Shown: positions 26,915-38,549 of the stretch, one piece after another | Position numbering within the stretch: the first letter of the stretch is position 1 | Layout of the letters: the number at the start of each line of letters is the position of its first letter | Assembly: GCA_951804945.1 (NCBI GenBank) | Contig: OX638154.1 | Span: 67,952,001 to 68,016,000 of the forward strand | Reading direction: 5' to 3' | Source of the DNA: Podarcis cretensis | Taxonomy: Eukaryota | Length of the DNA stretch: 64,000 nt | Position numbers and translations under genes: made by a program | Notes under the pieces: model-generated | Told to the model about the DNA's origin: nothing | Database searches by the model: none | The model's input: the letters and a program-made list of their open reading frames with translations, nothing else

Positions 26915-27109
26915 TTTATGGTTATATCCCACCTCTCCTCCAAGGAGATCAAGGTATTACACATGGTTTCCTCCCTAACCATTTGATTCTCACAACCAAC
27001 CCAAGAGATAAGTTAGGTGAGGAGGTAACGGCTGATCCAAAGTCACCTATTAAGTTTCATAGGTTTCAATCCTGTTCTCCCAGGTCCTCAACCAACAACC
27101 TAACCAACA
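26915..27109 (-). mobile_element. Old MIR-like/squamate tRNA SINE fragment
   Basis: attctcacaaccaaccc...ccaaagtcacc...tctcccaggtcc layout, shared with 35100-35235 and (reverse) with 58591. Confidence 0.5.
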
Positions 27110-27940
27110 CAGTGGTACCTCGGGTTACATATGCTTCAGGTTACAGACTCCGCTAACCCAGAAATATTACCTCGGGTTAAGAACTTTGCTTCAGGATGAG
27201 AACAGAAATCGTGCAGCGGCAGCGCAGTGGCAGCAGGAGGCCCCATTAGCTAAAGTGGTTAAGAGTAGACGTCAAGAACGAATTACCGTATTTTTCACCC
27301 TATAGGGTGAAATGTGTGTGCGTCCTATGGGGTGAATGCAGGCTTTCGTTGAAGCCTGGAGAGCGAGAGGGGTCGGTGCGCACCAACCCCTCTCGCTCTC
27401 CAGGCTTCAGGAAGCTATCCGCAAGCCTTGGGAGCCTGCGGGAGTTCCCGCCGGGCTCCCACAGCTTGCAGAGAGCTGCCTGCATCCCGAAGCCTGGGCG
27501 CGCTGAGCAGTCACGCCCGGGCTTCGGGTAGCTCTGCGCAAGCCACGGGAGGCCTCCCACGGCTTGCGGAGAGCTGCCTCTATCCCGAAGCCCAGGCGCA
27601 CTGAGCAGTCGCGCCCGGGCTTCGGGTAGCTCTGCGCAAGCCGCGGGAGCCCTCCCATGGCTTGCGGAGAGCTGCCTCTATCCCGAAGCCTGGGCGCGCT
27701 GAGCAGTCGCGCCCGGGCTTCGGGTAGCTCTGCGCAAGCCACGGGAGGGCTCCCACGGCTTGCAGAGAGCAGCCTGTTCTGGGGGCTGGTGTTGGGGGAA
27801 GCTCGGGCTTCCCCCGCCCCAGCCCCGTGCCTGGGGGGGAAATAATTTGTTTTTCTTTATTTTCCCTCCCCAAAACTAGGTGCGCCCTATGGGCTGGTGC
27901 GCCCTATGGGGCGAAAAATACGATAATTACTTAAACGATG
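27110..27940. mobile_element. Tc1/mariner MITE (CAGTGGTACCTCGG family), interrupted by a nested element
   Basis: Left TIR CAGTGGTACCTCGGGTTA. The body is the reverse complement of 56387-56622. It is split at gaatTA, and the right TIR is degraded. Confidence 0.75.
27286..27923. mobile_element. Tc1/mariner (CCGTA-TIR, Tc2/pogo-like) MITE with a 98-bp double-hairpin tandem array
   Basis: TA|CCGTATTTTTCACCCTATAGGG ... CCCTATGGGGCGAAAAATACGA|TA. Units start at 27538, 27636 and 27734, with a longer variant at 27421. Confidence 0.88.
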
Positions 27941-29899
27941 CTGTTCTTGGCAACCACCACATTATTAGCTTTGAGGATATGCAAAATGTTCTTAAATGTT
28001 TTTGTGATTTTATTCTAATTGTGTTATTTTGCGGCCCTGTGCACCTTTGAGAAGAAGGGTGGGATAGGAGGTTAATAAATGAGTAAATAATTGCCCTGTG
28101 GGAAGGATTCAGAAGAAAGCAAAAGGCAGAAGATGACCACTTCAGATGGATTTCCCCACATGGCAAAATCTACCACCAACTGTCCCACGAGAATGATACT
28201 GATACCCTGGGTCTTGATATCTTACTCTGGTTTTGTTTTCATTACTATTTACTTGTAAACTGCTTTGGAAGCATTTGTATTCTGAATGATGTGATAGCAA
28301 TCACTGTAACAAACAAATAACACCGAATCAAGAGCATCTACACCACATTCCAGGCATGGAATGCTAGGGAAATTGTCCATGTGATCAGGGTGATCCACAT
28401 AGGTGGTAGTTATTCTCAATACACGGTCGCCATCTAACTTCAGCAATCCAATTAGTGTTGGGGCTGAGGGTGGAGGGAAAATGGAACACAAATAAAGGAA
28501 ATAATCAGCTATGCCCAGCATTTATTGTGTGAATGCTCTCACCTACCCCAAGTAATGTCCATGGGACACAACTGATGGAGCACCCTCTGTCACTTGCTAC
28601 CTAATTTCTCTTCCACAAATGAAATAAACCTTACCTTGGAAAAAGAAGTGATAGGCAAGCAGATGGCTAGCAAGCACACATGAGGAGCCCTACAAGTCGA
28701 AATTAGTCTTCTCAAATCAGCAGGGGGGCCTTGGGACTTTGCTGTGTGCAACAGAGCCTTCAACTGTCTGCTGTTGTTTTGCCTTTCTGCAAGGTAAGGC
28801 TAAAAGAGGGTTGGATGAGTCCAAGGAACAGCAAGGAGGAGGCCTGGCTGAGGTGAGACATGCCCAACTCATTTCTGCTGTCTTTCATTTGAGGAAGAAG
28901 GGGCTTTCCATTTGTGAGCACTTTGCTGCAAACAGTCCTATCCCTACATCTAATGAGAAAATGAAACTAATTTTTAAGCCCAAAGGGTCATGTGCCAGAA
29001 CCACATATATTTGCTCTTGACTCCTCTATAACCTATTTAACAAATGTATCAGATGCGCATTTATAAGCTATGTAGACCAGATATTGAGAGTCACATTCTG
29101 ATGGACCTACACCTTCAAGGATGTAAGAAAATGGTCAGCTGCTGTCAACTAGACAACAGCCACGTCAACGCAATTCTGAACTCTCTCCAAATTTTACCAA
29201 TCACTCCTTGCAGCAGTCAAGCATGGTGATAATTCCATTTCATTCTTTTGTCCATTAAAAAAACACACCAACAGTATTTGGTGCTAGATCCTAGAAAAAA
29301 GTAGCCAGAACTAAGACTTTACTTTCGAGAAAAAGCACTGAGTTGTCATTCAACTTTTAATTCTCTCTACCACCCTGCACTTCCCAAAGTGCTTGACAAT
29401 TTTCCAGTATTTTAGATGCACAGAAGATTGTGGAAGTAGACATTACGGCAACAAGCTCAGTTTGCATTCAGGAAGTACGCAAATGGTTCAAAAGGCAAAG
29501 CACATCCTGCATGTTCTCCTACGCTTGAGTGCAGAAAGCAAGCTGTGCAGGTGTATTTTCTAAATAGATTTGGCACTAATGCTTCTTAAACCTGTGCAAT
29601 GAATAAATTAGAGGACAATTGGAAGCCTTTGTGCAGAAGATTCACATAAATAATTCAGGATAAAGGAGGTCCTTCGAATGAACAGAGCCTGCACCACTGC
29701 CCATATGCTCAACCACATGCATCAACAGATAGTCAGTGCCTCTGCATTACACAGGAACAGACTGCTGAAGGCTGTAACACATTTGTTGACTCAACACCCC
29801 TTATAGGCAACAAACTAAAAAGGAACTAAGGATTCGTCTCTATCTCCTTTATATTAAAAGGAGGGGGGGAGAATGGCTCAGGTCCTGATCCACAATCTT

Positions 29900-30013
29900 G
29901 GATCAGTCAGTAGAGGATGTAGCTCCTAATCTCAGGGTTGTGGGTTTGCATTGCATGGGGTGGGCTGGATGATCCTCATGATCCCTTCCAATTTTCCAGT
30001 TCCATGATTCTAT
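29900..30013 (+). mobile_element. Degenerate short tRNA-SINE with a CR1-type tail
   Basis: tcagtagag...taatctcagggttgtgggtt head and gatcccttccaa...catgattcta tail resembling the CR1 end at 40000-40045. Confidence 0.55.
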
Positions 30014-30056
30014 TATCTTACTTCACATTTCATTAGCTTTAAGACAGTGCCTAGAC

Positions 30057-31222
30057 CGGAGCTTTCCAAACTTTTCTTTTCTTTTCTAATTAATTTTTAT
30101 TGAAGTTTTTATCTCTACAAAATAACAGAAATAAAGAAAGGTTTACACATATGTACATGTTAGTAACACAAAGAATCCCCCCACCTCACCCCACCACCAT
30201 TGGTTCGACATAACTCGAAATGTGAGTTAAAATCTGACTTCCTTCCATCATTGCTTGACCTTAATTCTATAACTTATCTTTACAGTTGTGTTGTTATATT
30301 GTATTTGACAAATATTCTGGTTTTACTTGCATTTGTAACCTTTTCCCCTTACAAACTTTGTTGTTTACATATCAATATTTCTATACCGGAGCAGTGTTTT
30401 TTCGTATATTCATTCACGCAACTCCATTCTTTTATTAAATTTTGATTTGTTTGACCTCTGACAGCTGCCATCATTTTGGCCAATTCAACAAATTCAATAA
30501 GTTTGATTTGCCAATCTATTATTGTGGGTATTTTGTCTCCTTTCCAGTTCTTTGCTATAAGAACTCTTGCGGGAGCGGATGCATATAAGAATATCCTTTT
30601 CTTATTTATGGGGATGTTGTTTGTTATTAATCTCAGAAGATACACTTCTGGTTTCTTGTTGAATGATTTTTAAAAAATCTTTATTATCACTTCATGGACT
30701 TTATTCCAAAAGGTTTTTATCACGCTACACCCCCACCACATATGATACATTATTCCTGTTTCGCTGTTGCATCTCCAGCACACATTGGTTTTTTGCTTAT
30801 AAATTTTTGCCAATTTCTCAGGGGTTAGACACCAGCGGTAGATCATTTTCATTAAGTTCTCCCTTATTGTGTAACATGCTATGAATTTGATGTCAATTTT
30901 CCACAGCTGTTCCCATTGTTCTAACATTATCTTATGTCTGAGGTCCTGCGCCCACTTTATCATAACCTTCTTTACCATCTCATCCTTGAGTTCCCATTCC
31001 AAAAGTAGGTCATACATCCTAGATAGGGTCTTTTTATTAATTTGTAGCTTTCCAAACTTTTCATGTTGGTGACACACTTTTTAGACCTGCATCATTTCAC
31101 AACACAGTAATTCAGTTTTACTAGCAAACCGTAGGTTAAACTAACCCCTTTCCAGCACAGGGAGCGTTTGTGCAACACACCTACACACTAATGTGTCGCG
31201 ACACACAGTTTGGAAAGCTCTG
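30057..31222. mobile_element. hAT MITE (~180 bp net) split by an L1 insertion
   Basis: TIR CGGAGCTTTCCAAACT / AGTTTGGAAAGCTCTG. 8-bp TSD GCCTAGAC / GTCCAGAC (6/8 match). Confidence 0.8.
30077..31045 (-). mobile_element. 5'-truncated L1 (ORF2 C-terminus and 3' UTR), related to but distinct from the 14939-22019 element
   Basis: MYDLLLEWELKDE...CWRC...HMWWGC...IAKNWKG homologous to the large L1. 17-bp TSD AGCTTTCCAAACTTTTC at 30060-30076 and 31046-31062. Confidence 0.92.
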
Positions 31223-31738
31223 GTCCAGACTTATTCTCTTGTCATTTTTCATTATGTCTCATGATGTCCTTGTGCTCTTGAGACCATGCATTTACGTGAA
31301 CATGGGTCACAGGGTCAGGGAACACACACAGAGACACATGAGCCAAATAAACCTGATGCGGTGCTGTGTGTTAAATTCTATATGCAGTGACAATAAGAGT
31401 GCTCAGGATGCTTGGAGCTCACAGCCACCCCTGACCTTCCTACAAGCACAGGTTTTATGGGGGTGAGTGCTGTTTGTTTGTATAGTTACTAACTATGCTT
31501 ACTAGACACCTAATAGCTGCCATTCCCTTGATGTCAGATAAAGATGATTTTTTTAATAATAAAAAAACAGAAATAGAAAAGAAGCGCTAAAGCAGTAACA
31601 TGAGCGGTAAAAAGCCATTAAACAAGCAGCAAAGTAAAAGCTTAAAAATGGCAGAGACTGCAACAAGCACGTAAAACAAGCAGAAACCAGGAATTAAAAG
31701 CTGCATATTTTAAAAGCTGGAGAGAATAAAAGGGTTTT

Positions 31739-32092
31739 AAAGGTAAAGGTAAAGGGACCCCTGACCATTAGGTCCAGTCGTGACCGACTCTGGGGTTGCG
31801 GCGCTCATCTCGCTTTATTGGCCAAGGGAGCCGGCGTACACTTCCGGGTCACGTGGCCAGCATGACTAAGCCGCTTCTGGCGAACCAGAGCAGCGCATGG
31901 AAACGCTGTTTACCTTCCCGCCGGAGCGGTACCTATTTATCTACTTGCACTTTGATGTGCTTTCGAACTGCTAGGTTGGCAGGAGCTGGGACCGAGCAAC
32001 AGGAGCTCACCCTGTCACGGGGATTCGAACCGCCGACCTTCTGATCAGCAAGTCCTAGGCTCTGTGGTTTAACCCACAGCGCCACCCGCGTC
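31739..32092 (-). mobile_element. Sauria SINE, full length
   Basis: aaggtaaaggtaaaggg tail and cccacagcgccacccgcgtc head. Confidence 0.9.
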
Positions 32093-33614
32093 TGTTATGG
32101 GCAGGTAAGGTAAAGGTAAAAGGTAAATGGGCAGGTACACATGGAAAGAGAGACTGCTACAAATACTGTGGCCCCAAGCCACAAAGAAACACTGTGAACT
32201 GGGCCCAGAAGCAGCTCTGAGGGAACAGGCTATACTACACAAATTCAACGTGAAAATATGTTTTTTAATAATTTCCCCAGTTATTGCAGAGGAAGGACAG
32301 AACAGTGACAGGGGCAACTTTTATCTCTAGATCACGAGGTCTGTAACGTGGTAATGAAGTAGAAGCTGGAAAGAAACATGCAAGTGGTCCATGAAGAAGT
32401 TCTAAGTTCCAAAAGCTCCCACTCTTTACTTCCCCCTCAGGATGATGTAAGGGGAAAGAACAGGGAAAGCTCCTTCCATCCTGCTTCCCACCACTGCCAT
32501 CTCCACTTGCTTTTAAGGGGAGGGTGATCAGCAGAGGATGCTTTCAGGGGCAAGTGGCTGGCGGGAAGAGGCTTTTCCCCAAGCATCTTGGTTCAGGTCC
32601 AGAAAATGAGCCAGATTTATTTCCCAAAGAAGGCCGGGGGGGGGGCATTGATTTCTGGATCAAACCAAGAAAAAAGATGTGGCAATCACTATTAAAAACC
32701 AACCCAGTGGCGATGAATTGCACAGCTTTCCCTGCCCACTTAGAGGAGACACACTTTAGACATCTGCATCATTTCGTTAGCCGTTCAAGGAAAGGTACTG
32801 GAAAACTGAATTTCCTTCAAGTTCAGCTCATTTCTCCTTCACATAAATATCTTCAGCATGCTCCCCCCCCCCCCACCTCTTGACAATTGCTCCAGAAGCC
32901 TGGTGCTAATTCACAGAATGGTTTTTACAACCGCATAAAATATGTATGAGAAATAAAATAACAAAAATCATGTTGATAGTGCTCGCAGGTTCATTCTGAT
33001 CTGTTGCACTTAAAACATTTTGTTCATATGCGTTCCATAATCATATTTTTCCTCCTTTCGGACCTTTTACTCAGGTTTCCCCCCCCCTTTCCTTTAAGCA
33101 CCAGTAGTTGCTATGGAAACTATATCTCTCTTCCTCCTTCCCAAGTTCACGCAGGTTTTCATCAAACCCAATAACTATTATTTTTGCAAAATCTCATCTA
33201 GTCCAGTAAAATTGTTCCTTGACAAAAATACAGTATCCACCAGGACCTCACTGATTCACACTAATGAAAAGTAGGATCATGAATTGCCAGATGCTGAGAA
33301 TTAGCAGCACAATTCATTCAAAAAAGAATAGACTGCTCATTGCTTGATTTAGATGTGTTAACCCTTCATAACATCACAATCAAATAAATGGCAGCATCAT
33401 TTGCAGAAAGTGATGGAAAACCCTGTGATATCTACAAATACTGTGATATCCACAATCTAGCAGAAGCAGAGTGACTGCAGAATTTTGAAGTATAACAAAA
33501 ATTACCTGGAAATTGTCACAATTACTGAAGTATTGGAAGACGAAAAGATTGGCGGTGTGGCTGGTCTTCAATTTCTCCATGACAAACATACACTGCCTAT
33601 CAGCACAGAAGGAG

Positions 33615-33616
<2 letters not shown>

Positions 33617-33664
<48 letters not shown>
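33617..33664. repeat. (AT)24 microsatellite
   Basis: Read directly from the sequence. Confidence 0.97.
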
Positions 33665-33666
<2 letters not shown>

Positions 33667-35099
33667 CCAGGGGTGGGGGGAGATAAAACCTGGGACTGTG
33701 CATCTATTAGTTTTAGGTTCCATTCTTTGTTTTAATGACATTTTTTGTTTCTGTTTTGTACACTGCTTAAGAGATTTTAAAATATATATATTAAGCATTT
33801 TATAGCTGTTTTTAAGTAAAAATATATAGTTAAAAATGGAATGCACCACCTTCTAAAAATAGAATGTGCAGTTCATAGCGAATACAACAATATAACTCCC
33901 TGTATTTTTCTTTCTCCTACCTTCCTGGAAAATGATGCAAATGTGTAGGCTGCTGGTAACTAGGAGGAGGCAAGTTACAGGTTCTTTTCAGTTCAGTTCT
34001 TCTTGTGGTGCAGATTGGGACATAATTCAAAGAATGTCGCCACCTTGTAACAGAACCCAGTAGAACAATGTGATGCACACCGCAAGAATGGGACCATGGT
34101 CACTAAGCAGTAATTTTGAGAGGAGTGAAACCTGAACTCTTATCAGCACCTTTCAGAAAAGGTGAGGAACAATGAGGTGGGGATTAGCAGTATACCTCAG
34201 CAGCTGCCAAGTGCAAACGTTCAATCCTTCAGTTATCCCTGCAGATAACGTACAGCGTTCACAACTCCCCAGCCTTAGAAAAATCAGACTTCCATCTTTC
34301 TTGCAAACCACAGCATTTCATATGGGCAACACTACATGAGTGATTAAAAATAAATAAAACAGGGTAGTGAGTCACCCTTCTCTACGACATGCCAAGCACG
34401 TCATAAAAGTGCTAAGAAACCTTTGAATGCTCAGGGTGCTCATTAACAGGCTCCCCCCCCCCCTTTAATTGCAAATTGAAACCCACCTCCCCCTCTCATA
34501 ATACAACCTCCAGAATACTGAGAAGCAGTTGGAAAAACAAGGAGCAATACAATTCCAGGGTCAACATCAAAGTTTGCTCCCAACTCTGGGACGGCTCCTG
34601 AGATCACAATAATTAAAACGCACAACCAATTCTATGCTTTATGTGCAAGAGAGCAATGCAAAATCTGTAACAGCAAGAAAGATGCCAGGATTCAAGGTAA
34701 TAATACTGCCTCATGTGGGAAGCCCTAAAATCCAAAGCTCTTTGCATGATGCTTAGTTGCAGTAGGCTGTGTTGATGCATCACTGAAAACCTACTGGGAA
34801 TTTTGCTAACCCTGCCCCCTAGGCCTATACACTTTATGTCTTGTGTATCAGACCACTGGATCAAGCTACAAGGGATATATGCTTTTCAAAGGAAGAAATT
34901 GAACTCTTTGTCTCTGAACCTTTTCAGACAATCCAGATTCAACAGGAATTGCGAATCACCCTTCTTGTCATAGAAACTCTCTTTTACTGCTGGTTTCTGC
35001 AGCCCAAGATCCAGAGAATGAGATTCCTCCACATGCACAAGGGAGCTGCTTTCACATGGCCATCTTTCCTATGACAGTAGCATATGTGTGAATAATACC

Positions 35100-35235
35100 A
35101 CGTGTTTCTCCCCCTCCTCGATGAATCCCCACAACAACCCTGAGAGCCAGCGACTGGCCCAAGCTCACTCAGTGCATTTCATGGCTGAGTGGGGACTCAA
35201 GTCCTGGTTTCACAGGTCCTAGTCAGACACTCTAG
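35100..35235 (-). mobile_element. Old MIR-like SINE fragment
   Basis: ccccacaacaaccctg...gactggcccaag...catggctgagtggggactc. Confidence 0.5.
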
Positions 35236-35293
35236 TATCTTAAGTTGAAAGCACTATGCCAGTAAAGGGTTAGAGAATGAAAATGCTGAATTA

Positions 35294-35543
35294 CCGTATT
35301 TTTCGCTCTATAAGACGCACCAGACCATAAGACACACCTAGTTTTTGGAGGAGGAAAACAAGAAAAAAAATATTCTGAATCCCAGAAGCCAGAACAGCAA
35401 GAGGGATCACGGTACAGCAATCACTCTTGCTGTTCTGGCTTCAACGATAGCTGCACAGCCTGCATTCACTCCATAAGACGCACACACATTTCCCCTTACT
35501 TTTTAGGAGGGAAAAGGTGCGACTTATAGAGCAAAAAATACGG
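35294..35543. mobile_element. CCGTA-TIR Tc1/mariner MITE, 250 bp, in opposite orientation to the 27286 copy
   Basis: TA|CCGTATTTTTCGCTCTATAAG ... CTTATAGAGCAAAAAATACGG|TA, with one central hairpin. Confidence 0.9.
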
Positions 35544-38500
35544 TACCTTCTATCCATCTGGTAGCAAATAGTTGACAAACCAGATGAAGCACACTGTGAC
35601 AACAGTTGGGAACATTCACATAATGTCCCAAGTTGGTGTTGGCCTGTTTTAGAAGGGAATATATTAAAAATGTCGACCTAGGAGCCCAAAAAAACATGGG
35701 GGATCCAGCAGAGGCAGTTGGGCAAAGAGCAGTGCAAGTAAAGTGTTCTAAGTTGGACAGTTGGACAAGGCTTCCATCACTGAACCTGAAGGATCTTGGG
35801 TCTTATCCCATAAGGGCCTGCACCCAACACAGTGTGGCAGCTGGTGCAGCATACTGGCCAAATATAACATGATAATCTGCCATACTGCCTGATTATCTCT
35901 ACATGCCAGAAACAAGCAGTCACTTGTTATCTGTGTCACCACAGAGCATCACCCATCATTTGCTCCACAGGCTCATTAAAAAAATAATTCCCAGAGATTT
36001 ATTCATAATGTAGCAGCGTGTGCGATTTGTTGGTGTTTTCTGCTTAAAGGCAATTAATCGTGTGAAAGACATTGATTTAAAACTAGCATTGTTCCAAACA
36101 AAGAGAAGCCATCGTTTCACCTGTTCCCCATGCAAAACCAAGCATCTTGCCTGAAACCAAAAGGTAATGTGTGTAACGACTTTGAATACACTATTATATA
36201 AATGCTAAGCATTGCTATTATCTAAAAGCTAAAAAGAGAACAGATATCAATGCATATTTCAAAGCAATTTCCCCACTTCTCATCAAGATGATTAAGATGC
36301 CCCTTGCATTTATTAAACTGTGCTATAAAACAATTGTATATATACACAATATTAAGAGAAATCATTCTGAAAAGCACAATTTTAGTACCATTTCTCCTAA
36401 TATATGTGACAAAGCAGTCATAACTTATCTTCAGCACTGCATGAACCATCATCTTTATACATAATTTAGATTATCCCACAGTCACACAGCTAAGAATGTC
36501 TCCATCCTTTCTGCTGTTCATTTAGGCTTGAGTAAAGCATTGTTTATATTAATATAAAGATGTGGCACATATACAACCAGATCACCAGACAATCTAAAAT
36601 TTCATGTGAGCATTGTTCATACCCACAGGCAAGAGTTCTTAAGAAGCCATCTTTCCTGCCTTTAATTACGTCTGTTTTCTGCGGGGGAATTAATTGGAAA
36701 AAAATTCTGCCCTACATCACTGCCCATTTTTGCACCTAAGGAAGCTATTCATTGATAGCCTGAACATGGGGGCTGGGTTCATGGCTCCAAATTCACTTCT
36801 CTCCTGGCACAAGTGTGATAAACAAATCAGGAAGCCTTGGATTCCCAATATGTCCAAATAAGGGGCTGTTGTTTGTTTCTTCCTAAGAAGCAACATTGGT
36901 AAGCCAACAATAGGACATGGCTTATGACTGTGTCTCCCTTGCAGGTCACAATCCTTGGTCTGGAAGCAACAGGTTTGGTGGCTTCCAGACTTGTTTATCT
37001 GAGCCAAACCAGAGCAGGACTGATTAGGCAGTGTGCACCCACACCCCACTTGTTCACAATAAACCACAATAACCCAGAAACTTTGGCTTATAACGCAGCC
37101 CATACCTTTGTGGCAAACTTGGTGTTATTTAACCCGTTGTCTGCTCATTTTCCATTACCTAAACGCCAAAAGGAATTAATTTAGCCTTATTCCCAATACT
37201 AGGAAGTTTTTTTACTTCCCCACACCATAACATATTTAAAAGCAACCAATTTTTTTTACAACTTTTTAGTGCCTCGGCACATTATTTTGTGAAGAACAGT
37301 CCAGTCCAGAGGTATGATATAAAATACATACCGTGCCCAAAAAAGACATACAATTTCAATATTGCAACACATTTTAAGTAGGCAACACTCGGTTGGGCAC
37401 TCAACTGTGAAATTTACATGGAAGGTTGCGTAGGTCTGGTTTTGAATATATATCAGTATGAGGATATATTTAATATTCAAATTTAACACCAATTTCAGTG
37501 AGGCGCAACCACAGTAATAAACACAGCGACACCTCGGAGGGTCTATTTAAAGCAGATTAATTTATATGATGGATGCTGCTAACTGGTTGCTTGAAACAAT
37601 AACTTTTCAAAATTTGTCATTTTGTGCGTACCCATGTGAAATAAAAAGAGTGAAACCACATAACCAACCTTCCCCTGGGCTAGTTCCACCCAAAACTCTG
37701 TTCAGGCATCCATGCTCAACAGATGGATGTCAGGAAGCAGGAATAATCCAGCCACACAACGTCAGGTGTAGAGCCAAGGGCAGGGCTAGACTCCTCCTCC
37801 ATCTATGCATGCTTAAGGCTTCAAAGCTGTTCCAGTTCAGACTATGAAAGGAGCTCTAAAGTTTGAACAAGAATGAGTCCTCTCCCCACAGAGCATTTGT
37901 AACAACCTGATAGTAATCGTACTTACACAGTTCCCTTCACTTTAATGGGATCGACTTTTAGGCAAGTATGGCTAGGACTGCCGCCTTACAATATTAAAAG
38001 CTGTTTATCCTAGGAAATGGTTTGCTTTGTGAAATGTAACCACACGTTTCTAGCGCCATCAATCCTATGAATAGTCTTGGAAGCGTACTCCTGTGAAATA
38101 CATTTCATGGTATGTGTGCCTTACTCTGACATTTTGCATTCTGTCCCTAAATACGTACAGAGGCAAGACTAAGAGAAGAAAATGTGTTTGTCCTTTTACA
38201 CTCCCTCTCCTACCCCTATTAACAAGGCTTTCCTTGTGAGATCTAACCGTGTGGCTCTGTGTTTAGAAGCAATCTTCCATGTTCCTGAATCAGGAACCAT
38301 GAAACTAAGTTTCCAAATACACATCCACAGAGATATTTCAACATGCACTTGGACATATATTCTAAGGTGAACTCCAGTGTGGATGAGAATCCATTAAAAG
38401 CAACGGACCACATCGCAGTTGGAACAAAGCTTGGATGTGCTTCTGATGGGCCCTCACTCCTTTAAGGAGGCATTTTCCCTTGAACATTAAATGATGTTCT

Positions 38501-38549
38501 AGGTATACATTCCACGAGAACAATTACTCCACCTGTGGTCCTTTAATCT

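Noticed and set aside
27300-27873. Repetitive ORFs (LAQSYPKPGRDCS...)
   Set aside because: Translation of the 98-bp MITE minisatellite.
33485-33805. ORF KYNKNYLEIVTITEVLEDEK...
   Set aside because: Non-ATG start, extended by the (AT)n tract, and no recognisable family.
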